In this document: one piece after another, positions 18,412 to 29,397 of the stretch
How the letters are laid out: the number at the start of each line of letters is the position of its first letter
Numbering within the stretch: the stretch's first letter is position 1
From: Terriglobia bacterium
GTDB lineage: Bacteria > Acidobacteriota > Terriglobia > 20CM-2-55-15
Assembly: GCA_965198225.1 (NCBI GenBank)
Contig: CBDAOY010000007.1
Location: forward strand, 416,001 to 480,000
DNA: 64,000 nucleotides
Direction: 5' to 3'
Position numbers and translations under genes: made by a program
Notes under the pieces: generated by a model
Database searches by the model: none
Told to the model about the DNA's origin: nothing
What the model saw: only the letters and a program-made list of their open reading frames with translations

Positions 18412-18455
18412 CGTCTTCGGCTCCGTCCTGCGGAGCAGCCTCTTCGGCCCGTGTC

Positions 18456-19307
18456 CTACGGGCTCAGCATCTCATCGACGAAATTCTTTGCTTCCGTCGT
18501 GCTGTAGCCGTATTTCGTCTTCACGAGAGCCAGGGCGCCGATTTCGTCGCCCCGTTCCAGCAGGTCCAGGATTCGATCTTCCAACTCCTTGCCTTCGAGC
18601 TCTTCCCAGGCTGCATTCCGGATCTTCCAGTCCGGCTCGACGGGGAGTCTCTTTCCGAGGATCTTCAGCGCCTTCTTGATTCGGGGGCTGACACCGCCCC
18701 ACTGGATCCGGAGGATGTCGTCCTCGACCAGCCGCACCGGATAGTGGTGGTGCTTGGTCCTGGAGAAACCCACCTTTGGCGCCTCGCGGGCCCGTTCGGT
18801 TCGGAGAGAATCACCCAGTGCATCGAGATCTCCCCCGCTGAGTTTCACGTCGAGGTAGGACCACGATTCGACGCGATCACCGTCACCGGATGAGGACGGG
18901 TTCGAGAGTTTTTCCCTGGCTCGGCGAATCCAGCTGATTTCCGTGAATGGAACGACAACGGTGACCGCGTCGTCATCCGGGAAGTGATCGTTCAGGTGCG
19001 AACGGAACTTGATAACCAGACGATCGATGCTGGACCGCACCAGCCAGTTAGACTGCTTGAGGCTGGCCCGAAAGTAGAAGTAGCCCAAGAGAGCCAGGAA
19101 ACCGAGGACCGCTCCGATCCAGTAGAGCAGGGTCGGCGGCAAGTGCACGTCGTCGGAGTCGTAGCCGCCGGCTCGAGCGAACCAGATCAGAGCGACAGAC
19201 AACAGCAGGCACGTTGCGAAAAAGAGAAACTTGCCGAGGACCGACTGACGGAAGACGGTTTCTTTGCCGTATGCCCGAGGAATCTCATCGATGGTGTAGA
19301 GCTGCAT
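18456..19307 (-). CDS. Membrane protein with C-terminal L7/L12-like helical domain
   Basis: Two TM segments; GDEIGALALVKTKYGYSTTEAKNFVD tail. Confidence 0.65.
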   Translation of the reverse strand: MQLYTIDEIPRAYGKETVFRQSVLGKFLFFATCLLLSVALIWFARAGGYDSDDVHLPPTLLYWIGAVLGFLALLGYFYFRASLKQSNWLVRSSIDRLVIKFRSHLNDHFPDDDAVTVVVPFTEISWIRRAREKLSNPSSSGDGDRVESWSYLDVKLSGGDLDALGDSLRTERAREAPKVGFSRTKHHHYPVRLVEDDILRIQWGGVSPRIKKALKILGKRLPVEPDWKIRNAAWEELEGKELEDRILDLLERGDEIGALALVKTKYGYSTTEAKNFVDEMLSP

Positions 19308-19531
19308 GGGATGGAGCGGGGCGTCAGGCGTGCGCTCAGCTGTCAGCGTTCAGCCTTCCGGTCATTGAATGACTTTAATGTAGGGCCGTACCGCTTTCAC
19401 ACTGAAACCCGGTTTGGAGCACTGTTACAGGCCACTAGTTCGTGGCGAATTCCTGCCACTCCCTTCATACCGGAAATACCTGCGCGCATCTTGGAACTCC
19501 CGTTGCATACATCCAGGTCAGGAGGTGAAAG

Positions 19532-19756
19532 ATGGCGCAAATAGGAACTTCACAGATCAGGACACGGACGTTTCTCGACGTCCCTACCGCCGCGCGCTTG
19601 GCAGGCTTCTCCATCCGCCATTTCCGCAGAATCATTGAGGAAGACGAGATTCCGATCATGCAGATCGGCCGGAAATTCTTCATTGTGGCCGCGAATTTTG
19701 AGGAATGGCGCGAGACTCACGGCCAACGGCGGGAACGAACCTGTCTACAAAATTGA
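19532..19756 (+). CDS. Small excisionase-like HTH DNA-binding protein
   Basis: LDVPTAARLAGFSIRHFRRII...QIGRKFFI; GGAGG RBS. Confidence 0.75.
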   Translation: MAQIGTSQIRTRTFLDVPTAARLAGFSIRHFRRIIEEDEIPIMQIGRKFFIVAANFEEWRETHGQRRERTCLQN

Positions 19757-19914
19757 TGGATATAACGGCCTGTTGTCTACGAAGTTGACGGACAATAGCC
19801 TAGCGGCGCCTGAATAGCGCGTCGAACCCTAGATCGGATTCTGCGGTTTGAAGACCTCCGAGATTTTCCGATCCCGAAGAGTACCTCTCACAAACAACCC
19901 TTTACACACGCTAC

Positions 19915-19942
19915 GGCGGCCCACAAGGGCCGCCCTTTTTTT
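19915..19942 (+). terminator. Rho-independent terminator
   Basis: GGCGGCCC-ACAA-GGGCCGCC followed by T7. Confidence 0.8.
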
Positions 19943-19980
19943 CTTGAAGCGAAACTCTAGGATCGGGTGTCGATCCTCAA

Positions 19981-20163
19981 GTGTAGGTGCGCTCTATGAG
20001 CGCACAAATGCCCGCGGAACCACAAGTTGTGCGGTCATAGACCGCACCTACACGTGAAAAGCACCGCCAGCCGATTTTCCGTTCCCATAATTCGTTCACA
20101 GCTTGTATGAGCGCACATCGTTTCGGCTCGAAGAATGTGCGGTCATAGACCGCACCTACACAC
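19981..20163. repeat. REP-like palindromes (one full, one partial)
   Basis: 19981-20053 is nearly identical to 14135-14207; 20106-20163 is partial. Confidence 0.85.
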
Positions 20164-20413
20164 CTATCCGATCAGAACCGCTGCGTGAACACCACCTTCG
20201 AGACGGCGCTGCGGTCGTTCGTAAAGATCCCCGCCGGGTCGTTCACCCAAAGGCGGCAGCTCCCCCAGCAGGCCGCACGGGTGTAGGGACCACCCTTTAC
20301 ATACGGCCCGGTCACGGTCACCGCAGACTGGACCTGCTCTGGAACCTTCCGCCTGGACTTCACGTATACTTAGGCTGCCGCGGGCTGCTGTCTCCGCGGC
20401 CGGTTATGTTCCT

Positions 20414-22549
20414 ATGAAGAGAAGGTTTATGGCCGTCCTTATCGGTGTCTTGATTGTCGCGTCGTCCTGTATCAGAGAAAGAGGGCCAGCTGCGGATGAC
20501 GGAAGGTTAAAACCTCCCCAGGCGCGAAGGGTGGTGAAGGTCGATACGTTCCACGGTGATACGAGGGAGGACCCTTACTATTGGCTCCGTGAACGATCCG
20601 ATCCTGAGGTCGAGGCCTACCTGGCAGCCGAGAACGCCTACACCGAAGCCGTCATGGCGCCTACCGCTCCGCTTCAGAAGGCCATCTTTGAAGAGATCAT
20701 CGAGCGGATCAAGGAAACCGACCTCAGCGTTCCATACCGCCGGGGCGACTACTGGTACTACTCGCGGACCGAGGAGGGCAAGCAGTATCCCATCCACTGT
20801 CGGAAGCGCGGCAGCCTGGATAGCGCGGAAGAAGTCCTGCTCGACGTCAACGAACTGTCGGAAGGCGAGGAGTTCCTGCAGCTGTGGACCTCTGAAGTCA
20901 GCGACGACGCAAACCGCCTGGCTTACACGACCGACGTGACCGGTTTCAGGGAATACACGCTCTACGTGAAGGATCTTCCGCGCGGCGAACTCCTGCCGGT
21001 TCGCATCGGCAATGTGACCGAGGCCGTGTGGGCCGCCGACGAGCGGACCCTCTTCTACGTCGTCGAGGATGAAGCCAAGAGGCCCTACCGGGTGTACCGA
21101 CACCGCATCGGTGACGCGCACGATGGTTCGGCCGATGACGTGGTTTACGAGGAATCGGACGAGCTGTTCCGGGCTTCGGTCGGGCGATCGCTCGATGGCC
21201 GCTACGTTTTCATTATGTCAACCAGTTCCACCACGACGGAAGTCCGCTATCTCCCGGCCGATCGTCCCAAAAACGATCCGCGCGTCGTTCTGCCGCGAGA
21301 GGAAGGCCACGAGTACCACGTCCTGCACCGCGAGGGTCTCTTCTACATCCGGACCAACAAGGATGACCCGACATTCCGGATCGTGACCGTTGGGGCCGAC
21401 GATCCGGGGCCGAACAACTGGATCGATTTGCTTGCTCACGACGCCGAGGTCACCCTGGAAGGGTTGGAGGTATTCTCCGGGCACGCGGTGGTCCTGGAGC
21501 GCGAGGCAGGGGTGCCTCATCTGCGGATCGTCGATCTCGAGACCGGCGAGCAGCACCGGGTCGAATTTCCCGATCCGGCCTATTCGGTTTTCCCGACCGC
21601 TAACGAGGAGTTCAACACGACGAAGCTCCGCTTCCGATACCAGTCCCTGGTCAAGCCCGCGTCGGTTTTCGAATACGGAATGGACGACAGGGACCGGACG
21701 CTGTTAAAGGAAACGGAAGTGCTCGCTGGTTTCGCTTCCGAGGATTACGCTTCGGAGCGGATCTATGCGAGGGCTGCAGACGGCATCGACATTCCCATAT
21801 CGCTGGTTTACCGGAAAGGGGTACGAACGGACGAGTCGACTCCGTTGCTGCTGTATGGCTACGGTGCCTACGGCATCCCGCTCTCGCTGTCTTTTTCTTC
21901 CGTGCGTGTCAGTCTGCTCGATCGTGGAGTCATCTATGCGATGGCCCATGTCCGTGGGGGAGGGGATCTGGGCAAAGAGTGGCACGATGCCGGCAAGCTG
22001 ATGTCGAAGCGCAACACCTTTACCGACTTTATAGCGGCGGCCGAGCATCTGATCTCACAGGGGTATACGTCGAGCGAGCGGCTGGCGATTACCGGAGGAA
22101 GCGCTGGTGGATTGCTGACGGCGGCGGTTGCCAACATGCGACCGGATCTGTACAAGGCGGTCGTGTCCGACGTTCCGTTCGTCGATGTGCTCAACACGAT
22201 GCTGGATCCGTCACTCCCGTTCACCGTCGGCGAGTACCTGGAGTGGGGCAACCCCAACGTCAAAGAGGAATACGACTACATCAAGTCCTATTGTCCCTAC
22301 ACGAACATCGCTGCACGGCACTATCCGACGATGCTGGTCAAGACATCGGTCAACGACAGCCAGGTCATGTACTGGGAATCCGCCAAGTATGTCGCCAAAC
22401 TGCGGTCATTGAAGACAGACGAGAACCTGCTCCTGCTGAAGGTCAACATGACGGGCGCGCACGGCGGTTCATCGGGCCGCTACGACATCTATCGCGAGCT
22501 GGCGTTTGACTATGCGTTTATCCTTGACCAGCTGGGTATATCGGAATGA
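20414..22549 (+). CDS. ptrB: Oligopeptidase B (S9A)
   Basis: DPYYWLR, HVRGGG, GGSAGGLL, EWGNP. Confidence 0.92.
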   Translation: MKRRFMAVLIGVLIVASSCIRERGPAADDGRLKPPQARRVVKVDTFHGDTREDPYYWLRERSDPEVEAYLAAENAYTEAVMAPTAPLQKAIFEEIIERIKETDLSVPYRRGDYWYYSRTEEGKQYPIHCRKRGSLDSAEEVLLDVNELSEGEEFLQLWTSEVSDDANRLAYTTDVTGFREYTLYVKDLPRGELLPVRIGNVTEAVWAADERTLFYVVEDEAKRPYRVYRHRIGDAHDGSADDVVYEESDELFRASVGRSLDGRYVFIMSTSSTTTEVRYLPADRPKNDPRVVLPREEGHEYHVLHREGLFYIRTNKDDPTFRIVTVGADDPGPNNWIDLLAHDAEVTLEGLEVFSGHAVVLEREAGVPHLRIVDLETGEQHRVEFPDPAYSVFPTANEEFNTTKLRFRYQSLVKPASVFEYGMDDRDRTLLKETEVLAGFASEDYASERIYARAADGIDIPISLVYRKGVRTDESTPLLLYGYGAYGIPLSLSFSSVRVSLLDRGVIYAMAHVRGGGDLGKEWHDAGKLMSKRNTFTDFIAAAEHLISQGYTSSERLAITGGSAGGLLTAAVANMRPDLYKAVVSDVPFVDVLNTMLDPSLPFTVGEYLEWGNPNVKEEYDYIKSYCPYTNIAARHYPTMLVKTSVNDSQVMYWESAKYVAKLRSLKTDENLLLLKVNMTGAHGGSSGRYDIYRELAFDYAFILDQLGISE

Positions 22550-23793
22550 TCGGTCAGACGGTTTCTCACTACAAGATTCTGGATCCGCTCGGAAGGGGCG
22601 GCATGGGTGTGGTGTATCGTGCCGAGGACACCCGGTTGGGGCGGCAGGTCGCGCTCAAGTTTCTGCCTGAGGAGTATGCGGAAAACAAGCAGGCGCTCGA
22701 ACGCTTTCAGAGGGAAGCTCGGGCGGCGGCCGCCCTGAACCACCCGCACATCTGCACGGTCTATGACATCGGCGAATGGGAACTTCGGCCCTACATTGCG
22801 CTCGAGCTGCTCGAGGGGCAGGCGTTGAACGAGCGCATTTCGGCCGGCCCGATCGAAGTCGATGAATCCATCGAGATGGCCACGCAGGTGACCGACGCTC
22901 TGGGGGCCGCACACGCGGCCGGCATCGTCCATCGGGATATCAAGCCGGGAAACATATTCATCACCAAGGGTGGACAACTGAAGGTCCTCGACTTCGGTCT
23001 TGCCAAGCTGACGCCGACGGAAGCTAAGAGCGCAAGTTCAGCCACCACCGTCGACGACCATCTGACCCGCCCTGGCTCCACCGTTGGAACTGTTGCCTAC
23101 ATGTCGCCTGAACAGGCGCGCGGGAAAGATGTCGATCACCGGACCGACCTGTTCTCGACCGGCGTCGTGATCTACGAAATGCTGACCGGGCAACAAGCCT
23201 TTCCGGGAGAAACCTCGGCCGTGGTGTTTGAGGGGATCCTGACCAAGGAACCTGTCGCCCCGACCCGAATCAATGCGGCCCTGCCGCCCGAACTGGATCG
23301 GATCATCAGCAAGGCGGTGGAGAAGGATCCGGACATGCGCTACCAGGGCGCGAATGACCTGCGCTCCGACCTGAAGCGGCTCCGGCGGGACAGCATGATG
23401 AGCCTGTCGGCGGCAAAGACGGCCGTCGTAGTCGGGAACGTTCCGATGCGGGCTCCGGCCCCGCCTCCGGTTCCCAACGCCGTCGTGGACGTCACGATCT
23501 CCGACGCTCACACGGGAGGACAACGTCCGGGACTGGCTTTCTTCCTGGGTCTCATGCCGGGCGTCGGTGCCCTCTACAATGCGCAGTTCCCCAAGGCGGG
23601 GATCTACCTGTTCACGTTTGCAGTCCTGTCCGGCCTTTCTGGCGCGGCGAGCGGGTTCTTCGGGACGGTTTTCGGCCTGCTCACTTTCGGTTTCTACGCT
23701 TTCATGCCGTTCGAGGCCTACCACACCGCGAAACAGCGCAAGATGCTTCGGCAGAGAGAAGAGGATTCACGGGCTGGAATGGGAAGCCAGTGA
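22546..23793 (+). CDS. Hanks-type Ser/Thr kinase with C-terminal membrane domain
   Basis: LGRGGMGVVY, HRDIKPGN, DFGLAK, YMSPEQ. Confidence 0.93.
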   Translation: MIGQTVSHYKILDPLGRGGMGVVYRAEDTRLGRQVALKFLPEEYAENKQALERFQREARAAAALNHPHICTVYDIGEWELRPYIALELLEGQALNERISAGPIEVDESIEMATQVTDALGAAHAAGIVHRDIKPGNIFITKGGQLKVLDFGLAKLTPTEAKSASSATTVDDHLTRPGSTVGTVAYMSPEQARGKDVDHRTDLFSTGVVIYEMLTGQQAFPGETSAVVFEGILTKEPVAPTRINAALPPELDRIISKAVEKDPDMRYQGANDLRSDLKRLRRDSMMSLSAAKTAVVVGNVPMRAPAPPPVPNAVVDVTISDAHTGGQRPGLAFFLGLMPGVGALYNAQFPKAGIYLFTFAVLSGLSGAASGFFGTVFGLLTFGFYAFMPFEAYHTAKQRKMLRQREEDSRAGMGSQ

Positions 23794-23854
23794 GGATAAG
23801 TCGAGGTGGTCGCGGTCGGCTGGACTCTTCTGCCGAAGCCCGCCCCCAAAGGAA

Positions 23855-23923
23855 GTGTAGGTGCGGTCTATGACCGCACATTCTTCGAACCGAAACATGT
23901 GCGCTCATAGAGCGCACCTACAC
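23855..23923. repeat. REP-like paired palindrome (inverted orientation)
   Basis: Same family as 14135-14207. Confidence 0.85.
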
Positions 23924-24019
23924 CTATCATTGAACCCCGGCTTTACATCAACAGAGCGCAGACTGTAGCATCCCGGCAGATCGCCGGTTCATCGAGAGCC
24001 TGCCAGGTGGAGGAAAGTT

Positions 24020-26239
24020 TTGTTGGTGCGACTCGCAGCTGTTTGTCCAGCCCTCTGCATTCTCGCGGTTCAGGTCGCGTTTCCTCAATCGCAGCCAAGG
24101 GCCGACCCTCCGCAGATCAGCATCAACTATGAAACGGCCAGGTTCGAGCGAATAGCAACAGCGGTCCCGACCGAACAGCAAATCACGATCGACGGAGTGT
24201 TGGACGAGCCTGCCTGGGAGCTGGCGGAACCGGCGGCGAATTTCATCCAGTGGGAACCGATGCCGGGGGCTCTGGAGAGCGAGCCGACCGAGGCCCGGTT
24301 TCTCTATGATTCCGAAAACCTTTACATCGGGGTCTACTGCTACGATTCCGAACCCGACCGCATCATCGTCACTGAGCTGCAGGAGGACTTTAGCGGATCC
24401 GCCGCCGATGGCTTCGGTGTCGTTTTGGACACGCTCAACGACGATCGAACCGGTTTCATGTTCTCCACAAACCCGGCCGGTGCGAAGCGCGACCGCCAGA
24501 TCGCCAACGACGGCGGAGTGATCAACAACGATTGGGACGGAGTATGGGACGTCGGGGTGACCCGTACCGACAAGGGCTGGATCGCCGAATACATCATCCC
24601 CTTCAAGACCCTTCGTTTTTCGAGCTCTGAGACTCAGGTATGGGGCCTGAACATGTTTCGGAGGATCCGAAGAAAGAACGAGAACAACTACTGGTCGCCT
24701 CTGCCGCGGCGATATCGGGCGATTCGAGTATCGATGGCCGGGATCCTTACTGGTCTGGAGGGCATCCGGCAGGGCCGGAACATCAAGGTAAAACCGTTCA
24801 CGATCGGAGGCGTCCGTCAGGTCCGATCCGACGGCGAACTGAGGTCAGATTCCGACTTCGACGGCGGCGTGGACATCAAGTATGGTGTGACGTCGCGGCT
24901 GACGCTCGACCTGACGTTTCGGACGGACTTCTCTCAGGTCGAAGTCGATGAACAGCAAGTCAACCTCACCCGGTTCGGCCTGTTCTTTCCGGAAAAGCGC
25001 GAGTTCTTCCTTGAAAACTCGGGCATCTTCGCGTTCGGCCAACCGGTGGGCTTCGGTCGGCGCGGAAGAGGGGCGAGCAACCTCATCCCGTTCTTCAGCC
25101 GTCGAATCGGGCTCTCATCCGACGGGACGCCTGTGCCCATCGTCGGTGGGGCGAGGCTGTCGGGCTCGATCGGAAGCTATGACCTCGGCCTTCTCACCAT
25201 GAAGACCGAGGGCCTCGATTCCAGGCCGGCCGACACCTTCGCAGTAGGACGCCTCAAGAAAAACGTCATGCGGAACTCATGGGTGGGAGCCCTGTTCACC
25301 AACCGCGACTCGGCCGAGGCCGGAGACTACAACCGGGTGTACGGGCTCGATACGCAGTTCCGGTTTTTCGACCGGCTCAACGTCGCCGCCTATCTGTTAC
25401 GGAGTGAGACCCCGGGGAAAGAAGGAAAGGACCAGGCGCGACAGGTCGAAGCCGCGTGGACGGACAACGATCTGTCCTTCGGCGCTCTACACCACGAAGT
25501 AGGGGAGAACTTCAATCCCGAAGTCGGTTTCATTCGAAGACGGAATACCGAGAAGACATCGGCGAACTTTTCCTGGCGACCGAGAACGACTTCGAGCCGT
25601 CTCGTGCGCAACCTCAGCTTTACCAGCGGCGTCAACTATTTCGCCGGCGGTGCCGGCACGATTGAGACTCGCGAACAGAGTGCCGGGTTCGGCGTGTCCT
25701 TCGAAAACGGCGCTTCGTTCAACGTCGGTGCGAACCGAACGTTCGACCGTCTCGTCGAACCTTTCCAGATTCGCTCGGACATCGCGATACCGGAAGGCGA
25801 CTACGGCTATGACGACTTCTTCGTCTCCTACAACACCGACCCCAGCCGTGCGGTCGCCGGCAACATACGTTACACCGGCGGGGAATTCTGGGACGGCCGA
25901 CGTAACAGCTTCAGCGGATCACTGGCGCTGAAGCCTGACTATCACCTCAACATCGATCTCAGCTACACGCGCAACCGTATTCGACTCGCCGGCGGATCGT
26001 TCACCACGAATCTTCTGGGAACCCGGGTTCTCTATGCCGTCAGTAGCAAAATGTTTTTCAATGCCTTCCTGCAGTACAACACCGATTCGGACCAGTTGAG
26101 CACGAACATCCGCTTCAATATCATTCACCATCCATTGAGCGATCTCTTCGTCGTGTACACGGACCGGCGGGATACTCTCTCGAACCGGATCATCGATCGG
26201 GCGTTCGTGGTCAAGTTCACGCAGCTGTTTAATTTCTGA
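24020..26239 (+). CDS. CBM9-like / DUF5916 outer-membrane protein
   Basis: IDGVLDEPAW, TDFSQVEVD, FFPEKREFFLE, terminal Phe. Confidence 0.8.
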   Translation: MLVRLAAVCPALCILAVQVAFPQSQPRADPPQISINYETARFERIATAVPTEQQITIDGVLDEPAWELAEPAANFIQWEPMPGALESEPTEARFLYDSENLYIGVYCYDSEPDRIIVTELQEDFSGSAADGFGVVLDTLNDDRTGFMFSTNPAGAKRDRQIANDGGVINNDWDGVWDVGVTRTDKGWIAEYIIPFKTLRFSSSETQVWGLNMFRRIRRKNENNYWSPLPRRYRAIRVSMAGILTGLEGIRQGRNIKVKPFTIGGVRQVRSDGELRSDSDFDGGVDIKYGVTSRLTLDLTFRTDFSQVEVDEQQVNLTRFGLFFPEKREFFLENSGIFAFGQPVGFGRRGRGASNLIPFFSRRIGLSSDGTPVPIVGGARLSGSIGSYDLGLLTMKTEGLDSRPADTFAVGRLKKNVMRNSWVGALFTNRDSAEAGDYNRVYGLDTQFRFFDRLNVAAYLLRSETPGKEGKDQARQVEAAWTDNDLSFGALHHEVGENFNPEVGFIRRRNTEKTSANFSWRPRTTSSRLVRNLSFTSGVNYFAGGAGTIETREQSAGFGVSFENGASFNVGANRTFDRLVEPFQIRSDIAIPEGDYGYDDFFVSYNTDPSRAVAGNIRYTGGEFWDGRRNSFSGSLALKPDYHLNIDLSYTRNRIRLAGGSFTTNLLGTRVLYAVSSKMFFNAFLQYNTDSDQLSTNIRFNIIHHPLSDLFVVYTDRRDTLSNRIIDRAFVVKFTQLFNF

Positions 26240-26282
26240 GGAGACGGGGATGCTCGGTGCCGGAGACAGGCGAAACTCTGGG

Positions 26283-26496
26283 GTGTAGGTGCGCTCTATG
26301 AGCGCACACCGTTCCGGCTTGAGGGAGGCGTGGGGGGACCGGACCAGCTGTCTTTCTCCACACAGCCGCGCACTGCGATCGGTGCTTGAACGCTCAAGTT
26401 TTAGACCGTCGACAAGAGGGGGACGGCCAAACTGGGCCATCGACGCATGGGTTAATGAATGGTTCCTAATGAATGGGTCATAGACCGCACCTACAC
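26283..26496. repeat. REP-like palindrome halves separated by an insert
   Basis: Left half at 26283-26307, right half near 26476-26496. Confidence 0.7.
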
Positions 26497-26530
26497 CTCC
26501 GTTTGGACAATGATCGTGCAACACCGGCGT

Positions 26531-27793
26531 CTACCGGCCGGCCAAACTGAGGGTCAAGAGCAGCATCTGTTTGATTCCATCGTACATGGGTTCAATCAGA
26601 ACGGCCTCACTCTCCTGATGGCCCCTCTCTCCCCGGGCCGCTCCGATCGATATCGAGGGTATCCCCATCTCCATAGCCACATTGGCGTCCGTGGAGCCCC
26701 GAAGAGTAAGTTCCGCCTCTATTCCCAACGCATCCAAAACGTCGACGCCAGTTTGAACAATCGTCGAATCAAGAGCCCCCGAAATCTGGGCGGCCGGGAG
26801 GATCAGCGGTCTTTCCACACTTAAACGCACCCCTTCCATCTCCGCGGCATTTTCGGCTGCCCTTCGAATCTTGGATTCCATTTCCTGGAGCTTCTCCGGG
26901 TCAGCCGAACGAACGTCCACCGTGAAGAAGGATTCCTCGGAGATGGCATTGAAAACCTTGCCACCGCCCAGCAAACCGACGTTGTATACCGTTCCCATTT
27001 CGTTTCCAGGTGGTTGTAGCGGAATCGTATAGATCTGGGAGATCGCGCTGGCGATGGCCTTGGCCGGATTCGGTTTCCCGGCGCTGCGATTGGTGTGCGA
27101 ACCCTCCGAGGTGAAGATGAACTTGTACCAGTTGATGCCGAGGGCCCCGTAACTCATCGCTCCTAGAGCGCCGTCGACCGCAACAAACATATCCAGACGA
27201 TCTTTCCAATCCTCCAGGAACTTTCGGGCGCCGAACAGGCCCAATTCTTCTTCGACGGTAAAGACCGCCAGAAAATCGCCCTTCGTCTGGATTCCGGCCT
27301 CTTTGAGTGCACGGACCGCCCAGAGGAGCCCGATACAGCCCGATGTGTCGTCGCCGACACCGGGGGCATACAGTCTCTCCTCCTCGCGCCGCACCTCGAT
27401 GGGCGTGTCCATATTGAAAACCGTATCCATATGCGCCGCCAGGGCGACAGTAGGCCCACCGCCCGAACCCTTGAGTGTCGCGATCAAGTTTCCTCTCTCG
27501 TCGATCGAGATCTCATCCACTCCGATCGCCTCCAACTGATCACGAAGATAGGCCGCTCGCCGCTCCTCCATCGTTGAAGGCGCGGGGATTTCCGTCAGAG
27601 TGATCCACTCCTGGACGATGGCTTCTCGGTTGCTCTCGATGTAGCTGAACGCCGATCGAATGGCTGGGTCGGAGAGCAACTCCCGGTCGAACAGCGAGCT
27701 CGCCTGCTGGCCCGCTCCGGGAACTGGAAACGTCGTCGCCAAAACAACAAAGGCTGCGAACAGAAGTCTGGGTCTGGTCTGTTGGGCGTTCAT
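26531..27793 (-). CDS. M20/M25/M40 metallohydrolase, exported
   Basis: AHMDTVF, PGVGDDTSG, VEEELGL. Confidence 0.88.
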   Translation of the reverse strand: MNAQQTRPRLLFAAFVVLATTFPVPGAGQQASSLFDRELLSDPAIRSAFSYIESNREAIVQEWITLTEIPAPSTMEERRAAYLRDQLEAIGVDEISIDERGNLIATLKGSGGGPTVALAAHMDTVFNMDTPIEVRREEERLYAPGVGDDTSGCIGLLWAVRALKEAGIQTKGDFLAVFTVEEELGLFGARKFLEDWKDRLDMFVAVDGALGAMSYGALGINWYKFIFTSEGSHTNRSAGKPNPAKAIASAISQIYTIPLQPPGNEMGTVYNVGLLGGGKVFNAISEESFFTVDVRSADPEKLQEMESKIRRAAENAAEMEGVRLSVERPLILPAAQISGALDSTIVQTGVDVLDALGIEAELTLRGSTDANVAMEMGIPSISIGAARGERGHQESEAVLIEPMYDGIKQMLLLTLSLAGR

Positions 27794-28161
27794 GCTTGTC
27801 CCCTTCGTTTGATCGTTCCGGATGTGGTTCGGCAACAGTAATGCTCGATCGAGTTGCGTCACCGGACGATTATCTCGGTTTTCTCCGTCAGGCAACAAGA
27901 AAATGGGAATTCCGGAACCGATTATCATCCCCGGAAGCCCGATTCGCCGGCCCGCTTACCATCCTTTACACTGCTTTGCCTGGCCTTAACCATCGCCCTT
28001 TCCAGCGGCGGTTAACTAGGAAAGTGCGCACAAGTTCCAGCGACGTTCGGGAAGCACGGCATGTGACACCGGTTCGACCTATACTATTTCGTCTCGACTT
28101 GAAGAATGGCAATCGATGCTAAGCGTGCGGCGTGTTCGCGCGCATATGGAGAGATCAGATT

Positions 28162-28785
28162 ATGAGGAAGCAAGCTGGCAGGTGGCTTGCGATGGCCGCC
28201 GTAGTGGTCGTGTCTTTCGGGATGGCGGCATGCGCCGACGAACAGGGTGAGAATACTGATGGGGCGAGTGGTTCCGGCGTCGCGCTCGAGGCCGAAGGTG
28301 AGCGGGCGGGTCCCGAGGCCGATGGCGAGCAAGCCGGGTCCGAAGGCGAAGGTGAGCACGGTGGGTCTGAAGGCGAAGGTGAGCACGGTGGGTCCGAAGG
28401 CGAAGGTGAGCACGGTGGGTCCGAAGGCGAAGGTGGTCCGAATTCTTCGGGCGAAGGTGAGCATGGCGAAGGGGAGGAGGGAGAAGAGTCGGGCGAGTAT
28501 ATCGGGCGGGAGGATACCTGGGACGCGACACGGAGAGGGGCGAGGCTCGTTTTGTCCCTCGATCCCGCGTCAAACGCCTTCGTAGGCACAGTCGAAAACA
28601 CGACCGGACAGACGCTCTGTGCCGTTCGAGTCGAGATCCACCTGTCTACGGGCATCGAGCTGGGCCCAACGGAGCGAACGGATCTTCCCTCCGGCGAAAC
28701 GACAGTCGTGGAGTTGTCGACCGAAGGAGAGGCTTTCGACACCTGGACAGCCCACCCCGAGGTCTCGTCCTGTGCCGGCGGGTAA
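28162..28785 (+). CDS. Lipoprotein with Gly/Glu/His-rich GEHGGSEGE repeats
   Basis: Lipobox MAAC; 27-bp tandem repeats near 28339-28435. Confidence 0.75.
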   Translation: MRKQAGRWLAMAAVVVVSFGMAACADEQGENTDGASGSGVALEAEGERAGPEADGEQAGSEGEGEHGGSEGEGEHGGSEGEGEHGGSEGEGGPNSSGEGEHGEGEEGEESGEYIGREDTWDATRRGARLVLSLDPASNAFVGTVENTTGQTLCAVRVEIHLSTGIELGPTERTDLPSGETTVVELSTEGEAFDTWTAHPEVSSCAGG

Positions 28786-28836
28786 AGGCGGGATCGCTCT
28801 AGACGGTCCGTTCGATCGTCCATGTCGAGGAGCGAG

Positions 28837-29352
28837 TCACACCACCGAGTATTCCAGCGCAACCGTGCCCGTCTTCTCGTAAATCGTGTGCGTGGTCAGC
28901 TTGAGCCTAGCCTCCGAAGCCGGGCTGGGCAGAAGTGGCAAACCATCACCGAGTAGCACGGGGATGATCGCCACCTCGACCGAATCCACCAGCCCGAGCT
29001 GCAGTAGGCTGCCAAACAATGAGCCGCAGCCAAAGAGCCAGATGTCCTTACCCGGTGTCGCCTTGACCGCAGCCAACGTCTCTGCCGGGTTGTCCGACAC
29101 AGTCATACCTGGACAGTCTTCCTGGCGCAACGTGCGCGAGAAGACGTAGGCCTGCACCCCGGGCATTCCACCACCACCGCCCTGCTGGCGCGTCGCCTCG
29201 TAGGTTTTCCGGCCCAGGAGCACCGTGTCGAAAGCGCTCATGAGCGCCCCGAAGTCGATGTCTGGATCCACGATGATCCAGTCGCTTTCTCCCTTGGGTC
29301 CTGCGATGTACCCGTCGAGGCTCATGGCCACCGAGAATCGTACGCGTCTCAT
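28837..29352 (-). CDS. Dihydrofolate reductase / RibD C-terminal family protein
   Basis: AMSLDGYIAGP, LLGRKTYE, IPVLLGDG. Confidence 0.88.
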   Translation of the reverse strand: MRRVRFSVAMSLDGYIAGPKGESDWIIVDPDIDFGALMSAFDTVLLGRKTYEATRQQGGGGGMPGVQAYVFSRTLRQEDCPGMTVSDNPAETLAAVKATPGKDIWLFGCGSLFGSLLQLGLVDSVEVAIIPVLLGDGLPLLPSPASEARLKLTTHTIYEKTGTVALEYSVV

Positions 29353-29397
29353 AGCCCCCTCCCGTGACTTCACTCTCCCGATCATCCACAACGGGCA

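Noticed and set aside
20103-20417. Small ORFs between the REP elements and ptrB
   Set aside because: No recognisable motifs; partly REP-derived.
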